Part shown: positions 7,282-16,505 of the stretch, in pieces
Layout: each line of letters opens with the position of its first letter
Numbering within the stretch: the stretch's first letter is position 1
Source: a virus
Taxonomy: Duplodnaviria > Caudoviricetes
Length of the DNA stretch: 31,303 nucleotides
Strand: one strand, 5' to 3'
Virus record (IMG/VR): IMGVR_UViG_3300033076_001480
Location: 1 to 31,303 of that record
Translations under genes and position numbers: made by a program
The notes under the pieces: model-generated
The model's input: the letters and a program-made list of their open reading frames with translations, nothing else
Told to the model about the DNA's origin: nothing
Databases searched by the model: none

Positions 7282-8052
7282 TCAAACGGTCGGCAGCGGC
7301 ACGCGCTTGCCTTCCCGTTTCTTGTCGGCTGCTTTCCCGTATCCGTACTCTCCCGCCTTCCGAAGTACCTGGATTGCTTTTGCTGCAGCCGTTCCGCTGG
7401 GCTGGGTGCCGTGAATCAACAGAGCAAACCGTTGCGTCGAACCGTAGGCGTGGGAATCATCGTGATCGATCGGCAAGCCCTTGTCCTCTGCTTCCTTTTC
7501 GGACAAGACGACTTCGGCGGTTCGCCAACCGCGGAGAACGGCCAGTTCATCAAACTTCGACCCCAACGAGAACACCCAACGGAAGTTGGGCGGAAACGAA
7601 TCGATCCGGTCGAAGTGTTCGCCGCTCTTGGTGTAGCAGTAGAACACCAAGTCCGGCCGCGCACGCGCGGCGCCGATCCAGGCTTTCAGGTAGGACAGGC
7701 TGAAGAAATCGCCGCTAGCGTGGATCCGCACACGTTTGGTGTTTCGCGTGCGGACCGCGTCGATCGACGCGACAATCAATGCTGTCGTTTTGGCCACCCC
7801 GGTCCGAAGTGTCGCTTTGATCATGTCCAGGTTGTACCAATGCGCTTCCCGCGCTTGGGAATAACGCTCATCCGATGCCGCAAAGCATCGGAATTGCGTG
7901 TCCGGTCCGTCCGTCACTTTGCCTGTCTCCCGCGATGCTTTCGACAGGCACAAGGAAGCTCCCGGACATGTCCAGCCCGCGGGGAGATAGATCACGAGCG
8001 TATCGCGCTCGAGTTTTCCGTTTCCGATAGACAACTTCAAAAGGCTATTCAT
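7282..8052 (-). CDS. Phage gp88-like protein (Cys-containing, radical-SAM-like fold)
   Basis: GNGKL, LPAGWTCPGASLC..CFA, RIHASGDFFS, FYCYTKS motifs typical of the GP88 family. Confidence 0.75.
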   Translation of the reverse strand: MNSLLKLSIGNGKLERDTLVIYLPAGWTCPGASLCLSKASRETGKVTDGPDTQFRCFAASDERYSQAREAHWYNLDMIKATLRTGVAKTTALIVASIDAVRTRNTKRVRIHASGDFFSLSYLKAWIGAARARPDLVFYCYTKSGEHFDRIDSFPPNFRWVFSLGSKFDELAVLRGWRTAEVVLSEKEAEDKGLPIDHDDSHAYGSTQRFALLIHGTQPSGTAAAKAIQVLRKAGEYGYGKAADKKREGKRVPLPTV

Positions 8053-8094
8053 GATGATTGCTCCGTTTTCGGTACACTGTTTGCGTGAAGAGAC

Positions 8095-8120
8095 AACTTC
8101 GGTTCAAATGAGCCGAAGTT
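8095..8120. repeat. 26-bp site, copy 7
   Basis: AACTTCGGTTCAAATGAGCCGAAGTT. Confidence 0.95.
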
Positions 8121-8200
8121 GTTCGGGTTGATCGGATCGAGGATGCCGAACGTGATCCGTTCGGCAACCCACACAATCGCAGCTGTGATGACGATCGTGG

Positions 8201-8698
8201 TCATTCCTTCACCGACAACGGGAAGAACGCGGCGAGGAGTCGAACGGCGATCTCGTGAGACTTCGCTACGTTCGTTTCCGGCGCGAGAATCGACCACGGT
8301 CCGATTGTTGTCCTTCGGACCGCGGTGAGCGGAGCGTAGCAGGTCACGTTGTTGAACGTGACCGCGGTCACTGTGAATTCAATCGTTCGCTCGGTGAAGC
8401 AAACATGCAGTACCGTTCGGTACTTCCGCCAGTGTTCCGGGTAGTCGGTGTGGATCGGACGCAAGATCCGCTGACGCGCGAGCCGACCGATAACCCGGCA
8501 GCGCGTATGACTGAATTGCTGGGATCCCATCTCCCGCGCACGTTGAACGAGGTCGGTCACTTGGACGGTGATCCGCCAGCGGGTAGATTCTTCGTCCCGA
8601 CCCTGTTCCTCGAGGTAGTCGGCGAAGATCAGGGCCGCGGTTCGATCCTTCCGAGCGGCGCGGAGAAGGGCGGATTCTTCTTTGTGTGTTGCGTTCAT
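8201..8698 (-). CDS. TIGR02996-like domain protein
   Basis: N-terminal EESALLRAARKDRTAALIFADYLEEQGRDEESTRWR. Confidence 0.75.
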   Translation of the reverse strand: MNATHKEESALLRAARKDRTAALIFADYLEEQGRDEESTRWRITVQVTDLVQRAREMGSQQFSHTRCRVIGRLARQRILRPIHTDYPEHWRKYRTVLHVCFTERTIEFTVTAVTFNNVTCYAPLTAVRRTTIGPWSILAPETNVAKSHEIAVRLLAAFFPLSVKE

Positions 8699-9081
8699 GC
8701 CATCACCTTTTCAGTCATGCTGTCCAACTTGTCAACCATGTTCCACGCAAGCCAGGCGAGCGTATAGGTCTGGCGCTCGAGGCTGTAATGCTCGATCGTG
8801 TAATCGTGGTTGATCCATTCGCCACGAACGTACCAAGAGCCGATCACATCATCGTTGTGACGAATCGCGGAGAACCATACTTCGCCATCCGGCGAAGCGT
8901 ATCGGGCGGACTCGTTCGCCCATGCCGATTCGCATGCCTCTGCGACCATTGGAACGAGTCTCCACCATTTCGCGTGCTTCTCCTCGCCGCGCTCCTCGCA
9001 GTAGTCGGCCACGATGTGGCAGGCGGTCACATCGGCGCCCACTAACCATCCGTCGATCAATCGCAATCGTTCCCTGTCCAT
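8695..9081 (-). CDS. TIGR02996-like domain protein
   Basis: ADVTACHIVADYCEERGEEKHAKWWR; ATG at 9081; first gene after the promoter. Confidence 0.65.
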   Translation of the reverse strand: MDRERLRLIDGWLVGADVTACHIVADYCEERGEEKHAKWWRLVPMVAEACESAWANESARYASPDGEVWFSAIRHNDDVIGSWYVRGEWINHDYTIEHYSLERQTYTLAWLAWNMVDKLDSMTEKVMA

Positions 9082-9120
9082 TGTGCTGTTCCCTTTCAGG
9101 TGCAGAGCAGACAAATAGAA

Positions 9121-9175
9121 GAGGGGAACCGTTCCCCTCGATCGCAATCATAGTATCGCGTGCGTTGCGTGTCAA
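9121..9175 (-). promoter_or_regulatory. Near-consensus leftward (early) promoter with a downstream inverted repeat
   Basis: Minus strand TTGACA (9175-9170)-N17-TATGAT (9152-9147); IR GAGGGGAAC-C-GTTCCCCTC at 9121-9139. Confidence 0.7.
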
Positions 9176-9759
9176 TGCACAAATTCCACAGACTCCGGGA
9201 TTGCTCTGTTTCCAGGTAGGGAATCGTTCCCTCATTCTTCTATCCGCGCGCGTGAGACTCGGCGCCGGATCGGGATGGACGAGGGGAACAGGGGGGGACA
9301 GGATACCGTCTACTGTTCGCTCTGTTGGTTGCTCGTGAACAGGTAGAGGAACAAACAGTACAGGCAGGAACAGGGAACCACGAGTACGGAACGGAACACT
9401 GACCACGGGACAGATGGGGTGGTCTTGTGCTGTGGTCAGTGTTCCGTTGTCGGAGCGGATCGGGATATGCCATCGACCCCTACTCCTCTCCTCTCTGTCC
9501 TTCCCCTGTTCACGAACCACGAACAGGGAACGCCTACTCTCTACTCGTGAACACTGCATCGCAGTAGTGTCGGCACTGCTCACGAGCCGTGAGCCGCGGT
9601 TCGGTGCCAGGTACTGGTGTACAGTGGACGGCCGTCCCGGTCCGGACCCGGTGGGGGGCTGGCCCCCGCGTGGCGTGTGGGGATGGTGATATCCCTCCCG
9701 TGGATTTTTTCTCCAATCGAACCGGCCTCTCCAGACCTCCCGCAGCCTGCCACCGAACC

Positions 9760-9785
9760 AACTTCGGCTCATTTGATCCGAAGTT
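9760..9785. repeat. 26-bp site, copy 8
   Basis: AACTTCGGCTCATTTGATCCGAAGTT; upstream of the late arm. Confidence 0.95.
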
Positions 9786-9898
9786 GCATGATGTCCGGTA
9801 AGGGGTGGTTATCGGTATCTCGGAAAAGGCGAGATGTATAGTGATGGCTGATATTGCGTGATTTTGACGCAAATGCGGGTCGGGAAGCGGGGGGAAGG

Positions 9899-10969
9899 AT
9901 GACACTGGAGAACGAAGCGGGTGCAGTGCAGAGTGCCGGGGGTGTTCAGCAGAGTGCGCCGGTGCAGGGGAGTGTCGATACGGCATCGGTGCAATCGGCT
10001 TCGACTCCCGTGAGTTCTGCGCCGTCTTCTGTTTCGCAGACTGCGGAGCAGCAGGCGTTGTCGGTGCGGGATGCGTTGGCGAATTACGGGTTGGATCTCA
10101 GGCAGCATTTCAATGACGACCATGCGGCGCTGCAGCATTTGGTGTCGTTGGCTCGTCGGTTGCCCGAGCAGGAGCAGTTGGCGAGGTACGGGCAGGAATA
10201 TCTGCGGCATGCCGACAAGTTTCAGAGTTGGTTGAGATCTCAGCAGGAGGCTGAACGGTCCAAGCAGCAACAGCAACCGTGGTTCAAGGCGCCGGAATAC
10301 GATCCTTCGTGGTTGAACAAGTTGGTGCGGGATCCGGTGTCGGGTGAGTTGCGACCGGCACCGGGGGCGCCGCCGGATCTGGTGCAGAAGTACATTGCCT
10401 GGCACGAGCATCGGAACAGTTTTCTGGACAACCTGGCAAAGGATCCGATCGGGGCGATCAAGCCGGGACTCGAGGAGATGGTCAAGCAGATCACCTCGGA
10501 GATGATTCGGCAGAACATGGGGCAGTATCAGGAGCAGAGCCGGGCGAACTCGTTCGTTCAGCAGAATGCTTCGTGGCTCTACGAGACGAATGCCGAGGGA
10601 GTGCCGGTCCGGGACCAGTCGGGCAGGCCGCGGTTGTCGGAACTCGGGCAGCGGTTCGGTGCCTATGTGCAGCGTGCCCAATCGATGGGGTTGGTCGATA
10701 CGGCGAGCCAGCAGGAATACGCGACGGCGATGCTGGAGCGGGATTGGTTCCGCCAGCAACAAAGCCGTCAGCAGCAAGCCTCGTCTTCCGCGCCGGTTGA
10801 TCCGGCACAGGCGGTGAAGCAGCAGTTCATTGCGGATCGGCAAGCCAACGGAAGCGGAAATCTCCAGGCACCGCCGGGCAATACCAACGGTCAGGTCAAG
10901 CCTGCCGGCCTCAATCAGAGGGGTCTGCAGGAGATGATGCTTCAGGAAATGAAGGCGGCCGGTTACTGA
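9899..10969 (+). CDS. Putative capsid scaffolding protein
   Basis: Low-complexity S/A/Q N-terminus, helical and Q-rich, directly upstream of the capsid gene; ATG at 9899. Confidence 0.6.
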   Translation: MTLENEAGAVQSAGGVQQSAPVQGSVDTASVQSASTPVSSAPSSVSQTAEQQALSVRDALANYGLDLRQHFNDDHAALQHLVSLARRLPEQEQLARYGQEYLRHADKFQSWLRSQQEAERSKQQQQPWFKAPEYDPSWLNKLVRDPVSGELRPAPGAPPDLVQKYIAWHEHRNSFLDNLAKDPIGAIKPGLEEMVKQITSEMIRQNMGQYQEQSRANSFVQQNASWLYETNAEGVPVRDQSGRPRLSELGQRFGAYVQRAQSMGLVDTASQQEYATAMLERDWFRQQQSRQQQASSSAPVDPAQAVKQQFIADRQANGSGNLQAPPGNTNGQVKPAGLNQRGLQEMMLQEMKAAGY

Positions 10970-10973
10970 GAAT

Positions 10974-10999
10974 AACTTCGGCTCAAATGAGCCGAAGTC
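10974..10999. repeat. 26-bp site, copy 9
   Basis: AACTTCGGCTCAAATGAGCCGAAGTC; 4 bp after the scaffold stop. Confidence 0.95.
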
Positions 11000-11054
11000 G
11001 AGGGGGTTCCGCTATCCAGCCACCGGGTGAGCGGGCGAAAGGGGGAGGAGAAGG

Positions 11055-12152
11055 ATGGCGGACACCTGGGAGCGGATCGTCAATACGACGATCCACAAGT
11101 ATCTGCGGGACGTGGAAGTGGGCGTCCTCCGCAACCGTAAAGTGACGGCGATGTTGCGGGAGAAGGGGCGAATCACCTTCAACCATTCCGGCGACCTGAT
11201 GGATTGGAAGGTGCGCTACAAGCGCGCTGCGATGCAGGGGTATGCCGACATGGATACCCTGACGTTCAGCCGTCAGAACCGTTGGAAGACGGCGCAGTTG
11301 GATTGGCGTGGCTATGCCGCGACCGACTCGACCACCAAGAAGGAAAAGTTGCAGAACAAGGGGACCGAGGCGATCGTCAAGGTCTTCTCGGAAATCGCTT
11401 CCAACCTCATGGAGGACATGGAAGACCAGTTCGGCGACGAGATCTACATCGACGGAAACGCGACGGGTAACTCCAAGCGTATCCACGGTCTGGAATCTTT
11501 CCTGGGCAACACCACTCCCGCCGCGGCGGGTTATGTGGCGCCGCCGTCGGACACCTATGCGGGGATTCTGACGGACCTCGGCAACTACGGTGGCAGTTGG
11601 TCGCAGAACGGTTCGAGTCAGGTCGAATGGCCGACCGGCACGGGCGACGCGCACTACGACTTCTGGTCGCCGCTGATCGTGGACTACACCGACACGGCGT
11701 GGTCAGCCACCACCAAGACGTGGCCCAATACCTGCCGCGAGGCGTTGCGATACGGCATCATCAAGGGTCGCCGCAACAAGAGCAAGCGCGGCTACCTCGA
11801 CATGATCATGTTGGAAAACGAGTTGTTCCGGCAACTCGAGGAGAAGATCGAGGCCAACGAGCGATTGGTCGTCAATCGTGGCGAGAGCATCAGCCTGGTG
11901 CAACTCGGCTTCACCGACACGATCATGTACGAGGGTGTCGAGGTCGGCTACGAGTACGGTATCCCGACGGGCTTGGGGTACGGGTTGTGTACGGAGTGCA
12001 TGGAGCTTTGCTCGCTGCAGGCCAATATGTTCGTGCCGGAAGGGCCGGACTACGACATCAGCACCCAGAGCTATCGTTTTTCGATCGACTTCTTCGGCAA
12101 TCTGAAGGTCGCCTCTCCGCGCAATTTCGTGAAGTGGAAAGCCGTCACCTGA
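11055..12152 (+). CDS. Major capsid protein (probable HK97 fold)
   Basis: 365 aa, strong GGAGGAG RBS; DW..YA..KEKLQNKG.EAIV..IYIDG..IHGL pattern and gene position. Confidence 0.75.
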   Translation: MADTWERIVNTTIHKYLRDVEVGVLRNRKVTAMLREKGRITFNHSGDLMDWKVRYKRAAMQGYADMDTLTFSRQNRWKTAQLDWRGYAATDSTTKKEKLQNKGTEAIVKVFSEIASNLMEDMEDQFGDEIYIDGNATGNSKRIHGLESFLGNTTPAAAGYVAPPSDTYAGILTDLGNYGGSWSQNGSSQVEWPTGTGDAHYDFWSPLIVDYTDTAWSATTKTWPNTCREALRYGIIKGRRNKSKRGYLDMIMLENELFRQLEEKIEANERLVVNRGESISLVQLGFTDTIMYEGVEVGYEYGIPTGLGYGLCTECMELCSLQANMFVPEGPDYDISTQSYRFSIDFFGNLKVASPRNFVKWKAVT

Positions 12153-12210
12153 GAACGTGATTCGGTGGCGTTTTCTACTTCCATGGGGTTCCGAACAGAA
12201 GGAGCGAGGA

Positions 12211-12837
12211 ATGTCTCGCGATGTTGCCCCGCCTTTTCCGCGGGGAGAATACTCGACTCAGTCGGGTGCGTTCGATCATCTGGTGGGCAAGGAGTGGGTT
12301 TTCGAGGATCTCGACTACACCCAATCCGCCTCCAACATGGGTGCCCGCAAGCACCGGACCGGCCGCTACGTTCACTGCCGACTTGTGAAGAACAGCGCCG
12401 GTGCCGCGCTGCTTCCCAAGCGGGTAGTGCGGTTCAAAGTGTCGGGCACCGCTTACGGCGCCGAAGTGGACGGCTACGTTCGCACCACGGCGGAACGCGG
12501 CTATCCCGTTGACGAGTTCCTGCCGGCGGCCGGCGTGCCCGACGGCGGGTACTTCTGGATCGTGGTTCGCGGACCGGCCATGGTGATCACGCCGTTGGCC
12601 GGAACCGAGTTCAACGGGGACATCACCGAAGGCACCGTGCTGGTGGCGCTGACCGCCATCACTTCGGGTGCCACCACGTCGGGTCGGCTGGCGGTGCAGA
12701 ACATTACCGGCAGCACCCAGACCAGCGACTATTCGTTCATCCTCAGCCAGGCCGAGAACTATGTCGGCCGGGCACTCAGTGCCAAGACGACCGGAAACAC
12801 CAATGCCGATCTTCTGATCGAAGTCGGCCGGTGGTGA
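12211..12837 (+). CDS. Putative capsid decoration or minor head protein
   Basis: Follows the capsid gene; G/T/A-rich beta-type sequence; ATG at 12211. Confidence 0.5.
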   Translation: MSRDVAPPFPRGEYSTQSGAFDHLVGKEWVFEDLDYTQSASNMGARKHRTGRYVHCRLVKNSAGAALLPKRVVRFKVSGTAYGAEVDGYVRTTAERGYPVDEFLPAAGVPDGGYFWIVVRGPAMVITPLAGTEFNGDITEGTVLVALTAITSGATTSGRLAVQNITGSTQTSDYSFILSQAENYVGRALSAKTTGNTNADLLIEVGRW

Positions 12838-12936
12838 GATTGCCCGTCCCGACCGGACCGTTCGGCGTGGGCGGTTCGCAGAAGGGCTTAGTAATCCTTT
12901 CACCTTCTGTGTGACGGTTCCGGTCGGGCGGGCAGT

Positions 12937-12962
12937 AACTTCGGCTCATTTGATACAAAGTG
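12937..12962. repeat. 26-bp site, copy 10
   Basis: AACTTCGGCTCATTTGATACAAAGTG. Confidence 0.95.
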
Positions 12963-12971
12963 GAGTGTTCC

Positions 12972-13310
12972 ATGGCTGAATACCTGTTGGGTACGGACAA
13001 TCGCACTCCGCTGGATCTCTACCGCGTTGCGATCAGTGCCGCCTCGGCGACCGACAACACTCTGGTCGCGGCGGTATCGGGCAAGAAGATCCGGGTGCTT
13101 CAGATGCACTACGGACCGGCCAGCAGTACAGCCATCAAGTTCAAGAGCGGCGCCTCGACGGATCTGACGGGCGCTATAACCACGGCCACGCCTCAGACGT
13201 TACCGTTTTCGCCGGTCGGCTGGTACGAAACCGCGGCCGGCGAGGCGTTCGTGATGAATCTGGGCGGGGCCGTGCAGACATCGGGAAGTCTGGTTTACAT
13301 CCTCATCTAA
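12972..13310 (+). CDS. Hypothetical virion protein
   Basis: ATG at 12972 with GGAG RBS; beta-rich, 112 aa. Confidence 0.6.
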   Translation: MAEYLLGTDNRTPLDLYRVAISAASATDNTLVAAVSGKKIRVLQMHYGPASSTAIKFKSGASTDLTGAITTATPQTLPFSPVGWYETAAGEAFVMNLGGAVQTSGSLVYILI

Positions 13311-13331
13311 CCCTTGGAGCGGAGCCACCCC

Positions 13332-14201
13332 GTGCCGAAGGTAAGCATTCTGTTCGCTCGTTTCCCTTACGGGGGCAACGAGTCGTATCAATCCGCCAAC
13401 TGGATGATCGAGACGATCGTCAAGGCGAAGGCCGATCCCCGGATCTGTAGCGTTGACCACATGGAGGTCAACGACACGCCGATCACCATGTCGCGGAACC
13501 GGGTGCTGAAAGCGTGCCTGGACCGCAAGATCGATCTGGTCTGCATGCTCGACTCCGACATGCATCCGGATCTCTACAAGGGGACGCGCAACGCGGTTCC
13601 GTTCTGGGACACGTCGCTCGACTTCGTGCTGAACCATGACGGACCGTCGGTCATCGGCGCGCCTTATTGCGGACCGCCTCCCGTCGAGAACATCTACGTC
13701 TTCCGGTGGGCGAACCAGCAGTCCGACCATCCCAACCCGGATCTGAAGATCGAGCAGTACAGCCGCGAGGAAGCCGCGGTCAGAACCGGCATCGAAGAGG
13801 TGGCGGCGCTGCCGACGGGGTTGATCCTCATCGACATGCGGGCGATCTCCAGGCTGAAGCCGGCCTGGTTCGATTACGAGTACGAGGATCCGCCTTTCAA
13901 CACGAAGAAGGCGACCACCGAGGATGTCTTCTTTACGCGGAACTTGTCGCTGGCCGGCGTTCCGCAGTACGTCAACTGGTCGGCTTGGGCGGGGCACATC
14001 AAGCAGAAGACCGTCGGCATGCCGCAATTCCTCGGCGCCGATCAGGTTCGCAAGGAATTCAGGGACGCCCTTACGCGACCGGCTGTCCGCGAAGGTCGGC
14101 TGGTCGATGTTTCACCGGCCAACGGATTCGGAGAGTCTGATGCTGAACGCCGTGATGCTCGTCGCACAGGCCGCTCAAGACGTTCCCAAGTCGCTGAGTG
14201 A
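13332..14201 (+). CDS. GT-A fold (family 2-like) glycosyltransferase
   Basis: ITMSRNRVL, CMLDSDM (DxD), PTGLILID, TEDVFF, AGH motifs. Confidence 0.75.
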   Translation: MPKVSILFARFPYGGNESYQSANWMIETIVKAKADPRICSVDHMEVNDTPITMSRNRVLKACLDRKIDLVCMLDSDMHPDLYKGTRNAVPFWDTSLDFVLNHDGPSVIGAPYCGPPPVENIYVFRWANQQSDHPNPDLKIEQYSREEAAVRTGIEEVAALPTGLILIDMRAISRLKPAWFDYEYEDPPFNTKKATTEDVFFTRNLSLAGVPQYVNWSAWAGHIKQKTVGMPQFLGADQVRKEFRDALTRPAVREGRLVDVSPANGFGESDAERRDARRTGRSRRSQVAE

Positions 14202-14559
14202 GCGACTGGTCGATTACGGACTTCAGGGCATCCTGATCGCCGTAATCGTCTCGATGACCTGGGCACTCCTGCGGAAAACCCTGGATTCCCGAGAGTCCGA
14301 TCTGGCCTGGCACCGGGCGGAACTGGACAAGAAACGCCAGGAATATCTCGGAGCGCTCAAGGAACAGCAGCAGACCTACAAGTCGAGCCTCGAACAGCAG
14401 CAGAAGGTGTTCGAGGCCAGCCTCGAGCAGCAGCAGGAAATGTTCAAAGCGTCGATGGAAAAGATGACCGCCGCCATCTGCTCGCGACTCGACCATGTGG
14501 ATCGGGAGATGGATGCGATCCGCCAGCGTATCGAAGCCAAAACCGAGAGAAAGACATGA
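14140..14559 (+). CDS. Membrane-anchored coiled-coil protein (holin-like)
   Basis: One TM segment (YGLQGILIAVIVSMTWALL) plus three 11-aa LxEQQQ repeats. Confidence 0.5.
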   Translation: MLNAVMLVAQAAQDVPKSLSERLVDYGLQGILIAVIVSMTWALLRKTLDSRESDLAWHRAELDKKRQEYLGALKEQQQTYKSSLEQQQKVFEASLEQQQEMFKASMEKMTAAICSRLDHVDREMDAIRQRIEAKTERKT

Positions 14560-15248
14560 TTCGCGGCGCCGTTCTGCTTCTGTTACTTGCCTGCTCGCCG
14601 CTCTTCGCCCAGTTGCGGGTGAGCGGCGAAACCAAGGTGCCTCGTGACCGGATCGTGCGACTGACCGCCGAGAATGCCGCCGACGCGGCGCTGATCTGGG
14701 ATGTGGATCGCGAAGACAGCGTGGACATCGAGGAGATCGGCAACCGCCTGCTCTTCACCGGTCCGCCGGGCACCTACAAGATCAAGTGCCGAGCGTTCCG
14801 GATCAAGGAAGGCAAGACATCGGTCGAGTCGGCCAGGGTGACGGTGGTTATCGGCGCGGGTACTCCCGACCCGTTTCCTCCCGATCCGAATCCTCCCAAT
14901 CCCAAGCCGGATCCGGTGCCGCCGGAACCGGAGAAGCCGGCCAAGGCGTGGTTGGTGGTGATCGAGGAGACGGCCGACGCCGCCAAGGATCGAGGACGTT
15001 ACTTCCGCGACAAGGGGATAACGGACTACCTGAAATCCAAGGGTTGGAAGCCGAGGATCTTCGACAAGGACGTGGTGGATCCCACAGGAAAGACACCTGC
15101 GGACCTGGCGCCGTGGCTCGCCCTGGTCAAGTCGCAGAAGTTGCCGTGGTTCTTCATCGTGGATCAGACCGGTTTGATCCGGGACAAGGGAGAACTGCCG
15201 AGCGATCCGGCTGACCTGCTCGCTCGACTCAAGAAGATCGGAGGCTAG
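14556..15248 (+). CDS. Secreted protein with a Pro-rich linker
   Basis: Signal peptide MIRGAVLLLLLACSPLFA; PDPFPPDPNPPNPKPDPVPPEPEKP linker. Confidence 0.65.
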   Translation: MIRGAVLLLLLACSPLFAQLRVSGETKVPRDRIVRLTAENAADAALIWDVDREDSVDIEEIGNRLLFTGPPGTYKIKCRAFRIKEGKTSVESARVTVVIGAGTPDPFPPDPNPPNPKPDPVPPEPEKPAKAWLVVIEETADAAKDRGRYFRDKGITDYLKSKGWKPRIFDKDVVDPTGKTPADLAPWLALVKSQKLPWFFIVDQTGLIRDKGELPSDPADLLARLKKIGG

Positions 15249-15249
15249 G

Positions 15250-16059
15250 GTGATCAAGTTCGTCGATTCGACCGGGCACGAACGGTATCTCGGCAACCTG
15301 ATCCACCAGGGGCCGCCCCGTCTGATGTGGCGCACCTTCGGCGATGCTCCCGAGGCCAGGATCATCCCGCGGTCGGAATGGGACAGCTTGGTTCCCGACG
15401 AGGACGATGAATACTCGCCGTATCTGCCGCCGGTCCACGATCAGGACGGCATCGGCATGTGCAACGCCAGCGCCACGGTGGCGGCCATGGAGTACCAGCG
15501 TGCCTTGCAGGGGCTGGACTACGTCGCCTTGTCCGGTGGCGATCTCTACGGTCGGATCAACGGCGGCTTCGATTCGGGCAGCATGCTCGAGGACGGCTTG
15601 GCCGAGTCGATGCGGGGCGGTGTCTGCTCGACTGCCGAATGCAAGTACCTCGATTGGCGACAGGGACGGCGCGGATCGAGCGAGCAGACCGAGGCCCGCA
15701 AGCGGTTCCGGGTGTTGGAAGCATGGCTCTGTCCGTCCTTCGACGCCTGCTACTCGGCCGTCCTGCAGGGCTTCAGCCTGATCTCCGGAATCATGTGGCG
15801 ACGAAACTACGAGCCGGATTCCAAGGGCTGGCTTCCCAATGGCGGATCCGGTGGTGGCGGCCATGCGGTCATGGGTTACAAGCCGACCCGACGCGGCAAA
15901 CAGTACGGGATCTGGCATCAGAACTCGTGGTCGGCCGGTTGGGGACGCAACGGCCGTTGCGTGTTTCCCGAGGCGGTCTACGGCGGACCCGTGGGGGGTT
16001 GGTGGGCGGTCCGCCAGGTGGTGACGGAGCAAGGCGACGTGCCCGCTCCGCGGAGTTGA
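15250..16059 (+). CDS. Papain-like (C1) cysteine peptidase
   Basis: DQDGIGMCNA (Gln/Cys), GGHAV (His), QNSW (Asn). Confidence 0.85.
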   Translation: MIKFVDSTGHERYLGNLIHQGPPRLMWRTFGDAPEARIIPRSEWDSLVPDEDDEYSPYLPPVHDQDGIGMCNASATVAAMEYQRALQGLDYVALSGGDLYGRINGGFDSGSMLEDGLAESMRGGVCSTAECKYLDWRQGRRGSSEQTEARKRFRVLEAWLCPSFDACYSAVLQGFSLISGIMWRRNYEPDSKGWLPNGGSGGGGHAVMGYKPTRRGKQYGIWHQNSWSAGWGRNGRCVFPEAVYGGPVGGWWAVRQVVTEQGDVPAPRS

Positions 16060-16064
16060 ACGAC

Positions 16065-16090
16065 AACTTCGGCTCAAATGAGCCGAAGTT
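16065..16090. repeat. 26-bp site, copy 11
   Basis: AACTTCGGCTCAAATGAGCCGAAGTT. Confidence 0.95.
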
Positions 16091-16107
16091 GAGGAAAGGA
16101 AGAGGTT

Positions 16108-16485
16108 ATGCCTTCTCACAATCTGCCCGAGTACCAGACGGTGTTTCCCGAAGGCGCCGTCACCGTGCTGCTCGACTGGCTGCGCGGTTCGCCGGCCGTC
16201 GATCTTCCCTGCCTGGTGCGGGCGGGCTACTTCGTTCTGGGGTATGCGTTGGGCCAGTTGCTGCCCGACCAGCATACCGAACTGGCTGTCAAATGCTCCG
16301 CGACCGGGGTTCCCGCCTCGAGCGACATCCTGGCCAAGCAGGAACTGACCGACGTCTTGGAGCAGGTGGTCAAGTGCCACAAGTCGGTTCACTCGACGGT
16401 CGCCGTCGGTGAGAACGCCCAGATCAACTGGCTGCCCATCGTCATGACGGTGCTGCAGTTGATCCAGCAGTTCCTCAAGAAGTAA
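16108..16485 (+). CDS. Hypothetical protein with an amphipathic C-terminus
   Basis: GAGG RBS; INWLPIVMTVLQLIQQFLKK. Confidence 0.6.
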   Translation: MPSHNLPEYQTVFPEGAVTVLLDWLRGSPAVDLPCLVRAGYFVLGYALGQLLPDQHTELAVKCSATGVPASSDILAKQELTDVLEQVVKCHKSVHSTVAVGENAQINWLPIVMTVLQLIQQFLKK

Positions 16486-16505
16486 TCCGTTGTCCCCGGT
16501 GCGAG

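Noticed and set aside
8849-9772. 307-aa minus-strand ORF across the divergence region
   Set aside because: It starts inside repeat copy 8, has shadow-like Arg/Pro/Ser composition, and overlaps a consensus promoter and a better-supported gene.
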